Assembly (NCBI GenBank): GCA_012295275.1
Contig: CM022674.1
Span: forward strand, 14,446,001-14,510,000
Length of the DNA stretch: 64,000 nucleotides
DNA from: Chrysomallon squamiferum
Lineage: Eukaryota > Animalia > Mollusca
Reading direction: 5' to 3'
Numbering within the stretch: the stretch's first letter is position 1; every line of letters starts with the position of its first letter. Positions 51,487 through 64,000 of this stretch are shown here, piece by piece. Under the pieces are notes generated by a model, which saw nothing but the letters and a program-made list of their open reading frames with translations, ran no database searches and was not told where the DNA came from. The position numbers and the translations under genes were made by a program.

Positions 51487-52258
51487 TTTACATATAACAG
51501 CAACTGAAACAAAGTTACAATATTATTCTACTTTTATTTTGCTAAAAAAAAAAAAAAAAAAATAGAAGAAAATTAGAAAAACTGTTTTTTCCCATCATTT
51601 CAGTGTGTAATTTCAGTTATTTATCAGTAATTCATATATATATTTTTTTTATTACTTACCACTCAGCTGCATTCTGTTCTTGACCAGGTCAAGAGGCTGG
51701 ACAAATACAGTGGCAGCCATTCTGTAAACAAAATATTTGTAATGTAGATCATGAAAAAAGCAAAATTCCAGTGTTTTTTTCATCTATTATTTTATAATAA
51801 AATATTAACAGAAATGGAAAAAGGAGGAAAAATTGCAAAAAGAAAAAGAAAATATAAAAATTTACATTTTTTAAAACACTAGGAAAAAAACAAGGTTCAT
51901 ATTTGTTTTGTATTTTTAACAAAGCATAAATATATATACATGTAAACATCATTTTGTTATAATTGCTGAATATAAATGGAATTATTAAAAAAATAAATAA
52001 TAATATATTATATTTGATGAATATAAATGAAATTATACAATAAAAGTAAATAATATTATGCAACTCTTTCTGTTTCTTGTTGGTGAAGAAAATCTGACAT
52101 ATTTGTTTAACAAATGACAGAGTAAACAAGAAGAAGTTTGGACAAAGTAAAGTCTCTGATAAGTGTTTGTCTAGCAATCATGTTGTAAAGAGGTCACTCC
52201 TTAGTTCAAACAGTATTTACTTGTTAAACTAAACAGCAAATAATGTGGCAAAATAAAC

Positions 52259-52354
<96 letters not shown>

Positions 52355-52604
52355 TCCCATCTTATTTAAAAGCTAGAGAGATATTCCCTGGAACATGCAC
52401 ATGTTATTATACATTTGTCATATTTTTTCTTTCAAACCTATTTGTATTGTTTGACTTACTTCTCTTCTTCTTTTTTACTCATTTAATTCTCATTTTCATG
52501 TTTTGTTTTTTCTCAGTGTATCTCATTTTATTATGTAGCTGTCATCTCCCTTTTTAATGCTGTCTCCACTTTCTATGACCTTTTTTCTTTCTTTTCTCTT
52601 TTTT

Positions 52605-52643
<39 letters not shown>

Positions 52644-52942
52644 ACATAGACCCAAAAACCCATGTATGTCAGTTGATTTAGTTCTAAGCATATTTTTATT
52701 TTATATATATATACATAGTTTGTCTTATCTTAAGATTTTTAGATAAACAGATTGACATACACTGAAATAAATAAATATATAACTGACAGAAGTAATATTA
52801 CACCCATTACCTTGACCTAAATGTTTATCTTTTCATGTCACATTTAATCACATTAACCAAAATCCAGACTTTTAATTTTTTTTAAATAAAATAAATAAAA
52901 GGCATAAAGAATGGAAGGAAAAGGAAACAGAATTAATTTGCA

Positions 52943-52996
<54 letters not shown>

Positions 52997-52999
52997 GAC

Positions 53000-53076
<77 letters not shown>

Positions 53077-53390
53077 ATTCATGTACTAGTTTTTATCGTA
53101 TTTTGAAGCACAGACGTTCGGATGATGTAAAGCTATATTTATAAATGCTAGATTAACAAAAAATAGCTGTCTTACTGAATTCAATCATTTATTCCCACTC
53201 AAGACATTGTAAGTTTATAAAGGCGATTGGTTCTAATGGTAATTAATGCGGTATCGAACGCTAATCAGCACGGTTGGACTGGGACGTTTGAGTAAAATGT
53301 ATACAATGCAACTTACCCAGCGCCACCTCCGAACAGAAATTTTATCCCTTTCGGGATGGTCGCTTGTTTCTCTTCTTTCGGTTGGGACAT
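46588..53390 (-). CDS. SLC25A11: Mitochondrial 2-oxoglutarate/malate carrier, about 313 aa, 10 exons
   Basis: Exons 53390-53317, 51721-51660, 51106-51016, 50551-50468, 49861-49742, 49369-49279, 48878-48788, 48416-48317, 47851-47800, 46764-46588, all phase-consistent. Motifs [96 protein letters not shown] and [23 protein letters not shown]. Confidence 0.96.
47028..47197. repeat. About 59-bp tandem repeat, ~3 copies
   Basis: Unit TCTGCCACTGCTAGCTGTTCATGTCAACCACTAAGTAACCCAGCAAAAACTCTGTACA. Confidence 0.88.
47472..47640. repeat. 56-bp tandem repeat, 3 copies, each with an 11-bp perfect inverted repeat
   Basis: GTCACTAATCC-N15-GGATTAGTGAC at 47493, 47549 and 47605 (third copy 10 bp), plus CTCTG...CAGAG in the linker. 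Confidence 0.9.
48375..48650 (-). repeat. About 91-bp triplication of the SLC25A11 exon 8 acceptor plus the first ~42 coding nt
   Basis: TTTATTCAG|GATATTTTCATGATGG..TGTTTCTACATTTCTGTGCCAGTAT occurs with exon starts at 48598, 48507 and 48416. Only the last continues into the exon. Confidence 0.92.
50915..51013. repeat. About 30-bp repeat, 3 copies, starting at an SLC25A11 donor
   Basis: Unit AAATAGTAATAACAGAAAACTGATAAAACA(C/A), directly adjacent to the donor at 51015. Confidence 0.8.
52262..52350. repeat. (GA)n microsatellite
   Basis: Pure GA run. Similar CA/GA/CT/TAA tracts occur at 7296-7350, 52945-53073, 55486-55561, 56354-56428 and elsewhere. Confidence 0.95.
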
Positions 53391-53618
53391 CTTTATCACC
53401 AGTGCTCGGAATGACCTTTACTCCGTCCCAGCCTTGACCTTTATTCAAGGACGTATGTCTCGATAACCAGAAATCCTTTGATATCCGATTTCAAAAGCGA
53501 TACGGATGGCTGGCAGGAGATATAAATAAATAAATGGTTTAAAAGGAAAACAAATGAAAATTATTTTACGTATAATGTGTAATAAATAAATTTCTATACT
53601 ATTAAAATTTCGTTAATA

Positions 53619-53650
<32 letters not shown>

Positions 53651-54688
53651 GATGATGATGATGATGATAATCTAATAACAAAAAACAATAGTACAGTTAA
53701 ATGAAAAGTTATTTTAATCAGTATCTGTATCATCATGATGATTTATATGTTTATTTATTATTTTGTACTAACATTATATATATATATTAAATCTAGCATG
53801 CTGATCTTACAGTACAACGTATGCCTGAAATGAAATTAATCGAGAGATAATTAGCAAATTTATATTATTAGCTTTTGTTTCTCTCCTATTATTAACTATT
53901 ATTTTTATTTTGTTTTGATTTCTGAATCCGTTTCGCCTTCCTCTGATTGATCATTTCTATAATTTGCATTTGTGTGTTTGAATCGAACGTATATACGGGT
54001 GTATGAATGTATCATACAGTTTAATTCTAAGAGCTTGTGCGTGTTTTCTGTTATTCAGCAAAGTGTTTAGAATACTTCCTTATAAATTAATGTAATTAAA
54101 ACTCCCATTAAATATTTTATTCATTACTATCTGTCAGTACTGTATAACTGGACATTCAAGAATAAATAAAACAATGTAAATAAAATAAAACAATCATAAA
54201 AATAAAAGTAAATAAATAAACTTCTGCTTTATGGTATTCTCCGAAATTTTCCTTTAATATTATTCCCGCTGCTATTAAACTGTTATTAAAATAATACCAT
54301 TGTCTATATATGGATTAAAATGACTAAAGGTAATAAAAGGTAGTGATAACGAAAATAAACTTACCAGACAGAATGACGGATGAATGGACAGAGTTGGTGA
54401 TATATATATATAAGAGGCGGAGTTTGGTCACATAATGATAATCAAGTACAGCTGGCACATCACCTGTTCCTCATGGTACGATAAGATCAAAACTAGACTT
54501 GAACAAGTCATTTTTATCAAAATAACGTAACCATGAGAATATAACTTTCACATCCAGCTAGTTAATACACCACTGTGAATAACAAGGGTTACAGTGTAAG
54601 AACAAAGACATAAATATTCAATTTACTTTCAAATTATTATTTTACTTATTTACGACTGTCAGTGTAGACTAATAAAATGAAGTGTGAG

Positions 54689-54753
<65 letters not shown>

Positions 54754-55483
54754 AATAAATAATCCCAGTATAAACAAACTAGGTGACGACCATTTTACAA
54801 AAAGAAATTACCATTATGATCCCTTGCTTACCCACAGTGCAGTACATACCATATGTTTAATACAAAACTTGTAAAACAGCGCATGAAAGGAAAGTAAAAT
54901 TCTCTAATAACAATTATATAAGTCTAATGTTCACTTATATCCTGTGTAAAAATGTACAAACAGGTAGTTCATAGATCAATCATTGATAAAGTTCAGCAGA
55001 GTTCAGTTACTGTTTCAGTGATGTGGTTTGTAATAAAGTGTTACATTAAGAGTCTAAGTGAATTCAAACGGAAGGACGCATCAGTTTTTCAGTTTTTGCC
55101 GATAGATATTTTCAGCTTCTTTATAACGAAATTTGTTTTATTAAATGTTTGACAATTACCTCTCATTACCTTATGGTACAACTAGTTCTGAAACATTATG
55201 GAGCTGTCTTTCGTGAAATAATCACAGTTTCTTCTTTCTTTCTTCTTCTTCTACTTCTTCTTCTTCTTCTTCTTCTTCTTATTATTATTATTGTTATTAT
55301 TATTACTGATCTCTATTATTATTATTATTATTTTAATAAATTCGTAATAAATAAAGAAAGAAAAGAAAAAAGAAAAGAAAAGAAAAAGAAAAAGAAAAGA
55401 AAAAAGAAAGAATGAATGAATAAATGAATGTTTCTAATATGCAGGAAAATTATCGTATACAACAAACATTCAAAGAGTATTGT

Positions 55484-55563
<80 letters not shown>

Positions 55564-55886
55564 GTAATCTACTTCGACAATCCAGTTTGAAGTGCGCTGC
55601 ATGTGTTAGTTTACTTCCGGTATTGCTACTTAGGCTAAATTTGGCAAAGTATCAGTTTACAAAGTGGCCGTAATTATGAACCAGAATTAACAGAGACAAA
55701 ATAGTTTTAAAATTATTTTCTAAACAGAGGAAATAATTACAACAAGCGAATTAAGATAATTTTATATATAGATACAAATAAATAGATAGTGCATGGTTAT
55801 GTATATATTAACAGTATCAATGAATAGGCCAAACCAAACAGAAATTATGTGTCAGAAACAATAAATAATAATAATAATAATAATAA

Positions 55887-55956
<70 letters not shown>

Positions 55957-56349
55957 TAAAATGAAACAAATAAATAAAATAATAATAATATAATAATAAT
56001 AATAATAATAATGAAAGAAGTAATAATAATAATTAAAATAAAATAAATAAATAGTAATAATATTATTACTATTTATTTATTTATTTATTTATTTAACCAT
56101 TTATGTTCTCAGCAGACATCTACATCACATTATTTTTATTTTTTTTCTTAGTCATTTAATGATGTTTATATATATTAAGATTAGCATCATCTTTTAATTA
56201 ATATTTGAAATCAGCTGGTATATTTTCCCGTTCCAGACTCCGTGGAAGTGTCCTGGCAGTATTGACACGAGAACAATTATATTTCATTTCTAAGTCGTCC
56301 AGTAATTCTGAACTTAGGAATAACTATTTGAAAGAAATTGTTTTTCAAT

Positions 56350-56431
<82 letters not shown>

Positions 56432-56566
56432 CACCATAACAGCTGAATTAGAAATATTGACATGGAGGCTCAAATTAATTGCAGATAGAGCTAACAATAT
56501 CGATTTTGAAACGAAGAATTTTTATTTGTTAATTTAATAACCAGCCTGTTACAGTTTCTTTGTGTC

Positions 56567-56620
<54 letters not shown>

Positions 56621-57147
56621 AGAGAGAGAGAGAGAAAAAAAAGAGAGAGAGAATACATACTATATATGCCTTCATGCATACATACATACCTATAAAAATA
56701 CATAATTTTGATTACGTTTGAAATGCACACGCCATTTATTAAGTTATTCTGTTTTTAATAGTAGTAGTAGTAGTAGCAGCAGTAGTAGTAGTAGTAGTAG
56801 TAGTGGTAGTAGTAGTAGTAGTAGTGATGATGTTGTTATCGTTGTAGCAGCCATCTTCGCAGCATTATTATTTCACAACAACGATTAGATTATCGGTTTT
56901 TGTTTTTCTATTTTTATATCACAGAGACTGCACCATGCAGCAGACGAACAACCACGAGCATGGAAAATGAATTCTCGCTCTGCGAGACATCACGAAAACA
57001 TATATTTATGTTGCAATGGCCTTAATTTAGGAATTGGCACCGGTTTCTTTCTGTCGACAGCAGCAAGTGTGCAGTGAGGGAGCTGCGCGGTCAAGTAGCC
57101 ATTCTGTGGATCCATGGTGGAAGAAGTGAGACTGTGATAACCGGACT

Positions 57148-58268
57148 ATGACGATTCTCGTGTTTATATCTACAATCGCCTGCAGCAGAAAGGTCAGTAG
57201 TTATCTGTGACGTAATCAGTGTCACACTTGTAGGAATGGCGAGCGAAGAACATAATGTAAAATGTTTAACATGAACCTCTGCCCGCGGTAACTTTTATTA
57301 CGTATAACGGAAATAGTCTCGTTTACTGGTTTTACATTATTAGTAGTCTGGCAGGGAGAGTGTTTGAGAAATAGATTAAAAGAAATTTTTAAAATCTTTA
57401 CACGGCCTGGCTTATCAGTTTTTCATAGGATAACATTAGCAGGTAGATAGGTAGAAGGGTATGTATGTAGATATACGTTTATAATTTATATGTCTGTGTG
57501 TATGTATATATATATATTATATCTATATATATATATGTAATATGTATGTATGAATATAATTTGTATGTATGTATGTATGCATGCATGTATGCATATGTAT
57601 ATATGTAATATGTATGAATGAATATGATATGTATGTATCATTGTATGTATGCATGTATGCATGCATGCATGCACGCATGCACGAATGTGTGTGTACTTAT
57701 GTATGAATGTATGTTGGTATGTTTGAATAATATAATACCTATTTTCGTGACGTATTCATTATTCTGTTTTTAACTGAACATTCCTTAAACATTCATATAT
57801 ATAATATATATATACATATATACGTCTGTCTGTCTATTGTAATCGCTATGTATGTGTGTATGTGTGTATAGGTATGTATTCTGCATGTATATGAGTATGT
57901 ATCATTTATATGTACTATGTATACGTAACAAAATAATATAAGATGAATGAATGAACGCAAGAAGAACAATGAATATTTCTCAGAGATATTATTAAAAGCA
58001 TTATATTATTAAGATTACTAATATTAGTTTTTCATGAATCACCCAAATTCATCATCTCTGCTATCCGATTAGTTTACACAGGGGGAAACCGCAGTATCAC
58101 GTGACTTTTCCTTCAGCCAATATCAAATTACTTAACAAGTCAGACACGTGTTAATGTTGCAGGGAAAAGCAGACTGCAAAACATTGAACAGTTTTTTTCT
58201 GTATGAAAGGCTTATAAAAATAACAAGTGGGTCTTACAATAAGAAGTCATTTTTTTCTTCCCTTTCTT

Positions 58269-58344
<76 letters not shown>

Positions 58345-58519
58345 TTATTTTGACTTTCTTTTATTAATAATAATAGATAATCATAGATTCTCTTTTATAA
58401 AATGAAGGTGGTTTACATTCATAATTATTATGGATTTCATTATATCGGTACCCAGCTGACAAACTGTTTCTCGTTCGCCTGATTTTAATCAGTTATCTGG
58501 AATTTATTTGTCGTTGTTG

Positions 58520-58554
<35 letters not shown>

Positions 58555-59765
58555 TTCATTTATTTATTTATATTTACTTCCATCTTCTTTCTCCCCTTAC
58601 ACCAGAATGTATATATTTTAATTTACAACATGCACGTGGATATTACATAAATAGATAAATATATACATGTGTATATGTATGTATTAATCTTATATCACAG
58701 ACGTAATCACTTGTATATAAATAAATATGAGAATGAGAACTAGTTATATACACTTTTACTAATTCATATGAAAATACCTTAAAATTAGCTTATCAACTGA
58801 GCGATATTGATCTTGTGGCCTATCATACGTCATACCAGTATCGTAAACATTCTGAAGATGATTTAACATCGACGTTCTTATTAACTGTTTAACGTACCTG
58901 TTCTGCAGTAAGATTATATAACATATTCTTTATCAAAGTATCGGCATTTTAAATAAACTATTAAAAGATAATTATAAATTTTCATAAAACGAGTCCTGTA
59001 GGTTGTATTCCACCCCTCCGGCCACCGTACTGAAACGTCATGAATGGATGAACAGAATGACAAGACAAATCCCTTCACCCCTTTCATCGTCACGATGGAT
59101 TCGACCACTTATGATCTCAGCGTAACAAACTGCCGGGTCAACATCGCTTCAGAAAGAACAACACAAATATAAAAGGTGTCACGTAGAATTTGTGCGACAT
59201 TCTTATAGAAAATTTATTGAAAATGAGCGGTGATCGAGGAGTTCGAGTTTATGTTGCAAGTGTATCATCCAGCAAATCGGTAAGAAAATTAATTTAATTT
59301 GTTCAAAGCGACTGGTCTCCGACACGATGCATTTTAATTCTGCTCTGTTTTCGCACGACAGTAATTCGCCAGCATGAAGACAATTTCATGAATGACAGAA
59401 AGACAACAGAGCTAACACAGTTAATTCACATGCCAGAAATTATGTGAAAACCATTGTTTTTCACTGTTTAAACATTTCGATTTTATTCTGCATATTTATG
59501 TAGGTCATAGACGTTAAAGCACACAGACTGCATTTTGTGCACGTCACTTTATACTTTTGTCTCCAAACATCGTGACGGCGCAATCGACTGTTCGAGGGTG
59601 GGGTTGTGTCGCCAGGAATGTGTCAGTGTGCTAGCTATTTGTCGAGCAGACGTCAATGTTACAAAACTTTATTTACATGTTGTAGTTGGGATAGAATCAT
59701 TGCCAAGGGGTTTTCGAATTTTCTTTCATGACCATATGAAGGTGTTATCCGATTAAAATAAAAAA

Positions 59766-59824
<59 letters not shown>

Positions 59825-62800
59825 AATAAATAATATCAGCACTTTTTTTTATTAATTAATTAATTAATTTTATTATTTTTAAAGTTTGTTCGGGTATAAT
59901 CCAACATCCCCCCCTTTTCTCTTGAACATCCCTGAAGCTATCATGCCAAGAGCAAACATTACTGAGGACAGATTTTTCTGCTTACGTTAGTCGGATCATT
60001 GATAAAGCATGACTTTTATTACATTTTTCTATTTGCTAACATATAGCGTACGTTTTCCATTGTTCTCTGTGTGGATGTGTCGCGATTTTAAATCTCCCGA
60101 TCTCTGTATACGGATGTTATTTCAGTGACTCAATCTTTCCTTGTCAAACAAGTTGTACATATTCATACTGCGTTTTGCAGAGACATTCCAATGTCATTTG
60201 AATTAAAATACTTTAGACCACAATAAATCACGAAGTCATTTTAATTTTTTTTTTTCATCTTTGTAAAATAATATGTTAGGTATACGTTTTCTCGCACTTT
60301 TTATGTTATTGTTGTTGCTGCTGCCGCTGCTATTATTTATTTATTTATTTACTTCTTTTTGTTTCTTTTTTTTTTTTTTTTTTTTTTTTTTTTGATAAGA
60401 AACATCGTGTGTGTTTTATATAATATTCTGTGTGTGTGCGTGTTTTAAAAATTAAACTTGGGCTATAGTTTGCCTTCAGGACATGAGATAAGCCGTGATC
60501 GACACACTTGAATGAGTTGCGTTTAAAACAGGTTTTAACCTAAAGTTAACAGAATGTAAAATATAATGAGTCATAAAATATATTTCGTCCTCAGATTATT
60601 TCTCGGTTACAGTTCAGGTTTGTGATAGCTAGCAAGTTTATTTCTCATTTCAGAGTCTGTAACTCATTTTATTTTCCACTTTTTGCTTAATGATAATAAA
60701 ATGACATGGTTTATTTTGTCCTGTCTATGGGAAGGCTGATATAAAAGAAACAACAAAAAAAATATTAGTAGTAGTGGTAATGTTCATGATTATAATACAC
60801 TGAAGCAAAAGAACCAGTGAAAAAACATGATCAGGAAAATGTTACTGTTAATATGTCATGGGTGATATATCGACCATTACTTCCTGGTTGTCTTTCCTAA
60901 TACCGTTCTACTAACACTGTACTTCTTCTGCTAAGTGTCCACAGAAGTTAGACAAAGTGTATCATAGCGTGTCAAGTTTTCAGATAGTTGTCTGTTCATG
61001 AGAATAGACTGAAATATCTCACAATTCATTTTTATAAAGTGTAATCGTAATTTATTGTTGTTGTTGTTGTTATTATTATTATTAACAGAGCAGTGTACAG
61101 TTTATGACTGCACGTGTAATACTGTCAAGACAAATTGTTTAGTTAAAAAATATTCTGTGCTGACTGCACACTTTAAAATTACTTGTTGTTTTATTTCAAT
61201 ATCTACTTGTAGAAATAATTATATATATATAGTTATATATATTAAATAATTAAATTTAATTACCAAGTTGTGATGAATTTTTTTATTTTTTTATTTTTAT
61301 TTTTTTCTGTTATTTATTATTTTTTATTTTTTTTGTCACTAAGCTCTTTCAGTTTTTCTGTCACTCCGATGTGTTTCCGCTGGTTGATCAAAGTCCGTGA
61401 ATGACGCATAACTGAAAAAAATTTCTTGTTGCAGCCGATTGAGTGCATACACACTGTCAGATTCCTCTCATTTTCTGTGTGCTTCGTAACTAGACCGGCA
61501 CACATTTTATTCAGTTGCGATGCAAGCGCATTTCACAAATCACGACACAGTTGTAAAATGTGTCACCTTTTTCACAGTATATTAAATCAGAGCTATTATA
61601 ATTAACAAGAGAATTTACAAAATAAAATGTTCCTTTTAGTATAATATTGTGTATATGAAAAGGTGCGCGCGCATGTGTGTGCATATTTGAGAGCGAGATG
61701 GTGTGTATGATGGTAAATTAAAATGTTTTGAGTGCATTCTTAAATAAAACTCATTTTTCTTTCGTTTCGGATGTATAACGAAAAACCTGATTGTTGAAAG
61801 CACACGGGACTTATCTTCACTGCGTGACAAAAAACACGTATGAAGATTGCTGTTTAATCATACTGTGAGGAAAATTAAATTTGTGAAATATTTTAGTTTC
61901 CTGAATTCTGCAAATAATAGACGACAAATAATTCACGACAAATAATAAGCGACAAATAATAGACGACAAATAATTCACGACAAATAATAGACGACAAATA
62001 ATTCACGACAAATAATTCACGACAAATAATACACGACAAATAATTCACGACAAGTAATTCACGACTTGACGCATAATGAGACAGCCACATTACTTTAATA
62101 TGAAATTTATCTCTTTTTTTTTTTTATATATATTTAAATTAATAAAATAAATAGTAATTATTTGCATATTAATGTAAATAGTTATCTAATTATTTACACT
62201 GACATATTTCAGTCAGAAGAACGCTTCCGCTAAAATAGTCGGAGAAAAACGTAATTGAAACGTTTTACTGAATTACAACAGATACTAGAAATTCATAAAT
62301 TAATTACGTTTTTTTGAGTAAAAAATTAGATTAAACACTAACGTCGTGTTGAGCTGTTTGTTACTAATAAGCTTGAATTTATTTTTGTTTATTCTACAGA
62401 ATAATTTTATTACACTAAACTACTTTGAACGCGTTTACTGTTCGCGAGCATTATATATAAATTAAAAACTTTTATTGTAGCATTTAAACATAATAAAAAT
62501 GAAAATCGATTATTTTTATTACATCTTTTTGATAATGATGTCGTTAAAGTTTATTATAATCAATATTTGGGGATGGACTGGTTTACAAATTTCTATATCT
62601 AAAACCAAACTTTATATTTTTATCTAACGATTCTTAGAGGCAGTAAACATGTATGTGCATAAGCTCACGTACACATATGTAGATACTGTAGGCAGTGAGA
62701 TTCACATAATTATTACTTAAATAAAATCAGATAGATACAGCTGAACAACACACAGGTGTACACCTCTGCCAGAGATAATAATTAAAAAACTTATAAAAAT

Positions 62801-63062
62801 AATAAATAATAATAATAATAATAATTAAAAATATAAATAAAATAATGTTATGATGTTGCAGCTGCAGAGTCAGAACATGAAGATAGAGAATGTTTTGAAG
62901 GCTAACGACATCCAGTTTGAGTTGATAGACATCTGCACTGACACAGCACTCAGAGAGCAGATGAGGGAGAAGATGGGAGACCCCACAGCCATACCCCCCC
63001 AGATCTTCAACGGAGACAACTACTGTGGAGTGAGTTGTTTACTAATAACAGCAATAGTAGTA

Positions 63063-63110
<48 letters not shown>

Positions 63111-63464
63111 GCAATAATAATAATAATAATAACAATAATAATAGCAATAATAATAATAATAGTAGTAATAGTAATAATAACTGTAATGATCATAACAAAA
63201 ATAATTTAATAATAATAATACTAATAATAATATTAATAATAATAATTAAAATAATAAAACACAATGACAATTGTAAAAATTGAAAGAAAAAATTAGTAAT
63301 AATTGTTATACAAACAACTTAGAATCCATTTTTTTATATTAAATTTTTTATTTTTTTACATTATGTTTTTCATTTTCAAGTTTACTCTTTGTTTTCAGAA
63401 TTTTGATTCCTTTATTGAAGCAGTTGATGATGGAGTCCTTAAAGAATTTCTCAAACTAAAGTGA
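57148..63464 (+). CDS. SH3BGRL3: SH3 domain-binding glutamic acid-rich-like protein (SH3BGRL3-like, thioredoxin/glutaredoxin fold), isoform A, 92 aa
   Basis: Exons 57148-57192 (MTILVFISTIACSRK|gtcagt), 62862-63029 (LQSQNMKIENVLKANDIQFELIDI...LREQMREKMGDPTAIPPQIFNGDNYCG) and 63399-63464 (NFDSFIEAVDDGVLKEFLKLK*). Family assignment is clear; exact orthology within the SH3BGR family is less certain. Confidence 0.78.
59168..59174 (+). promoter_or_regulatory. TATA box for SH3BGRL isoform B
   Basis: TATAAAA 55 nt upstream of ATG 59223. Confidence 0.55.
59223..63464 (+). CDS. SH3BGRL3: SH3BGRL3-like isoform B, 96 aa, alternative first exon
   Basis: First exon 59223-59279 (MSGDRGVRVYVASVSSSKS|gtaaga), phase 0, resembling the SH3BGRL3 N-terminus MSGLRVYSTSVTGS. 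It joins the same exons 62862-63029 and 63399-63464. Confidence 0.85.
61912..62065. repeat. 14-bp tandem repeat ACGACAAATAAT(TC/AG), ~11 copies
   Basis: CpG-containing array inside SH3BGRL intron 1, possibly the interior of a non-autonomous transposon. Confidence 0.85.
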
Positions 63465-63475
63465 TTTAGTGTTAC

Positions 63476-63501
63476 GTAAGTTTAAAGTTTTGTTATTATT
63501 A

Positions 63502-63557
<56 letters not shown>

Positions 63558-63769
63558 GTCATTATCATTGTTATCAATAATAATGTGATTATAATTATTT
63601 TTTTAATTTATTTTTTATTTTATTTTATTTTATTTTATTTTATTTTTTTTTTATTTTTTTATTTTTTTTATATATTTATTTATTTATTTTTTTGTTTTGT
63701 GTTCTTATTACCTTATAATATGCAGGGTTATATAATGTAGTAAATACTATTTTGCTGTTTTGTTTTCAG
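63476..63769 (+). other. 3'-UTR intron of the SH3BGRL gene
   Basis: GTAAGT donor 11 nt after the stop and TTTTGTTTTCAG acceptor ending at 63769. Confidence 0.7.
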
Positions 63770-63857
63770 TGTTTTGTCGTGGATGTTGATGTGTGTGTGA
63801 ACAGACTTTGATGCAAACCTGAAGTCAGCATTCGTCTCTCTGTGACGTTTACACCAA

Positions 63858-64000
63858 TATTTTTAAACAATTACAATACATATAAACATGTTTTTAAACA
63901 ATTGCAATACATATAAACATGTTTTTAAACAATTACAATACATATAAACATGTTTTTAAACAATTACAATACATATAAACATATTTTTAAACAATTTCAA
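63858..64000. repeat. 31-bp tandem repeat, ~4.5 copies, running off the window
   Basis: Unit TTTTTAAACAATTACAATACATATAAACATG. Confidence 0.9.

Noticed and set aside
54435-54480. ATGATAATCAAGTAC... as a third SH3BGRL first exon
   Set aside because: The available GT gives phase 2 rather than 0, and the peptide similarity is weak.
58080-58160. TCACGTGAC E-box plus CCAAT as another promoter and first exon
   Set aside because: No downstream ATG-donor pair compatible with exon 2 was found; the motifs alone are too short to call.

Overview
This is AT-rich, microsatellite-dense animal genomic DNA with intron-rich genes, probably from a lophotrochozoan such as a gastropod mollusc (inferred from gene structure and repeat landscape, not proven). 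It is not prokaryotic, and most ORF-track entries are low-complexity artefacts. Six spliced genes can be reconstructed by hand: PCLAF/PAF15 (+, 1197-4107), CPLANE2/RSG1 (-, 5272-7655, one U12-type intron), FHAD1-like (-, 10120-37303, 27 core exons plus candidate cassette/micro-exons and one local frame defect), PARK7/DJ-1 (+, 37650/37734-40562), SLC25A11 (-, 46588-53390) and an SH3BGRL3-like gene with two alternative coding first exons (+, 57148/59223-63464). The window starts in the 3' end of a probable Academ DNA transposon. Two observations stand out. (1) The DJ-1 locus has a tandemly duplicated, diverged, intact 162-nt exon pair separated by only 58 nt (likely mutually exclusive exons) and an in-frame upstream ATG adding a mitochondrial-presequence-like peptide, which predicts up to four isoforms. 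(2) Minisatellites repeatedly sit on splice sites and amplify them into arrays of decoy donors or acceptors in three different genes.
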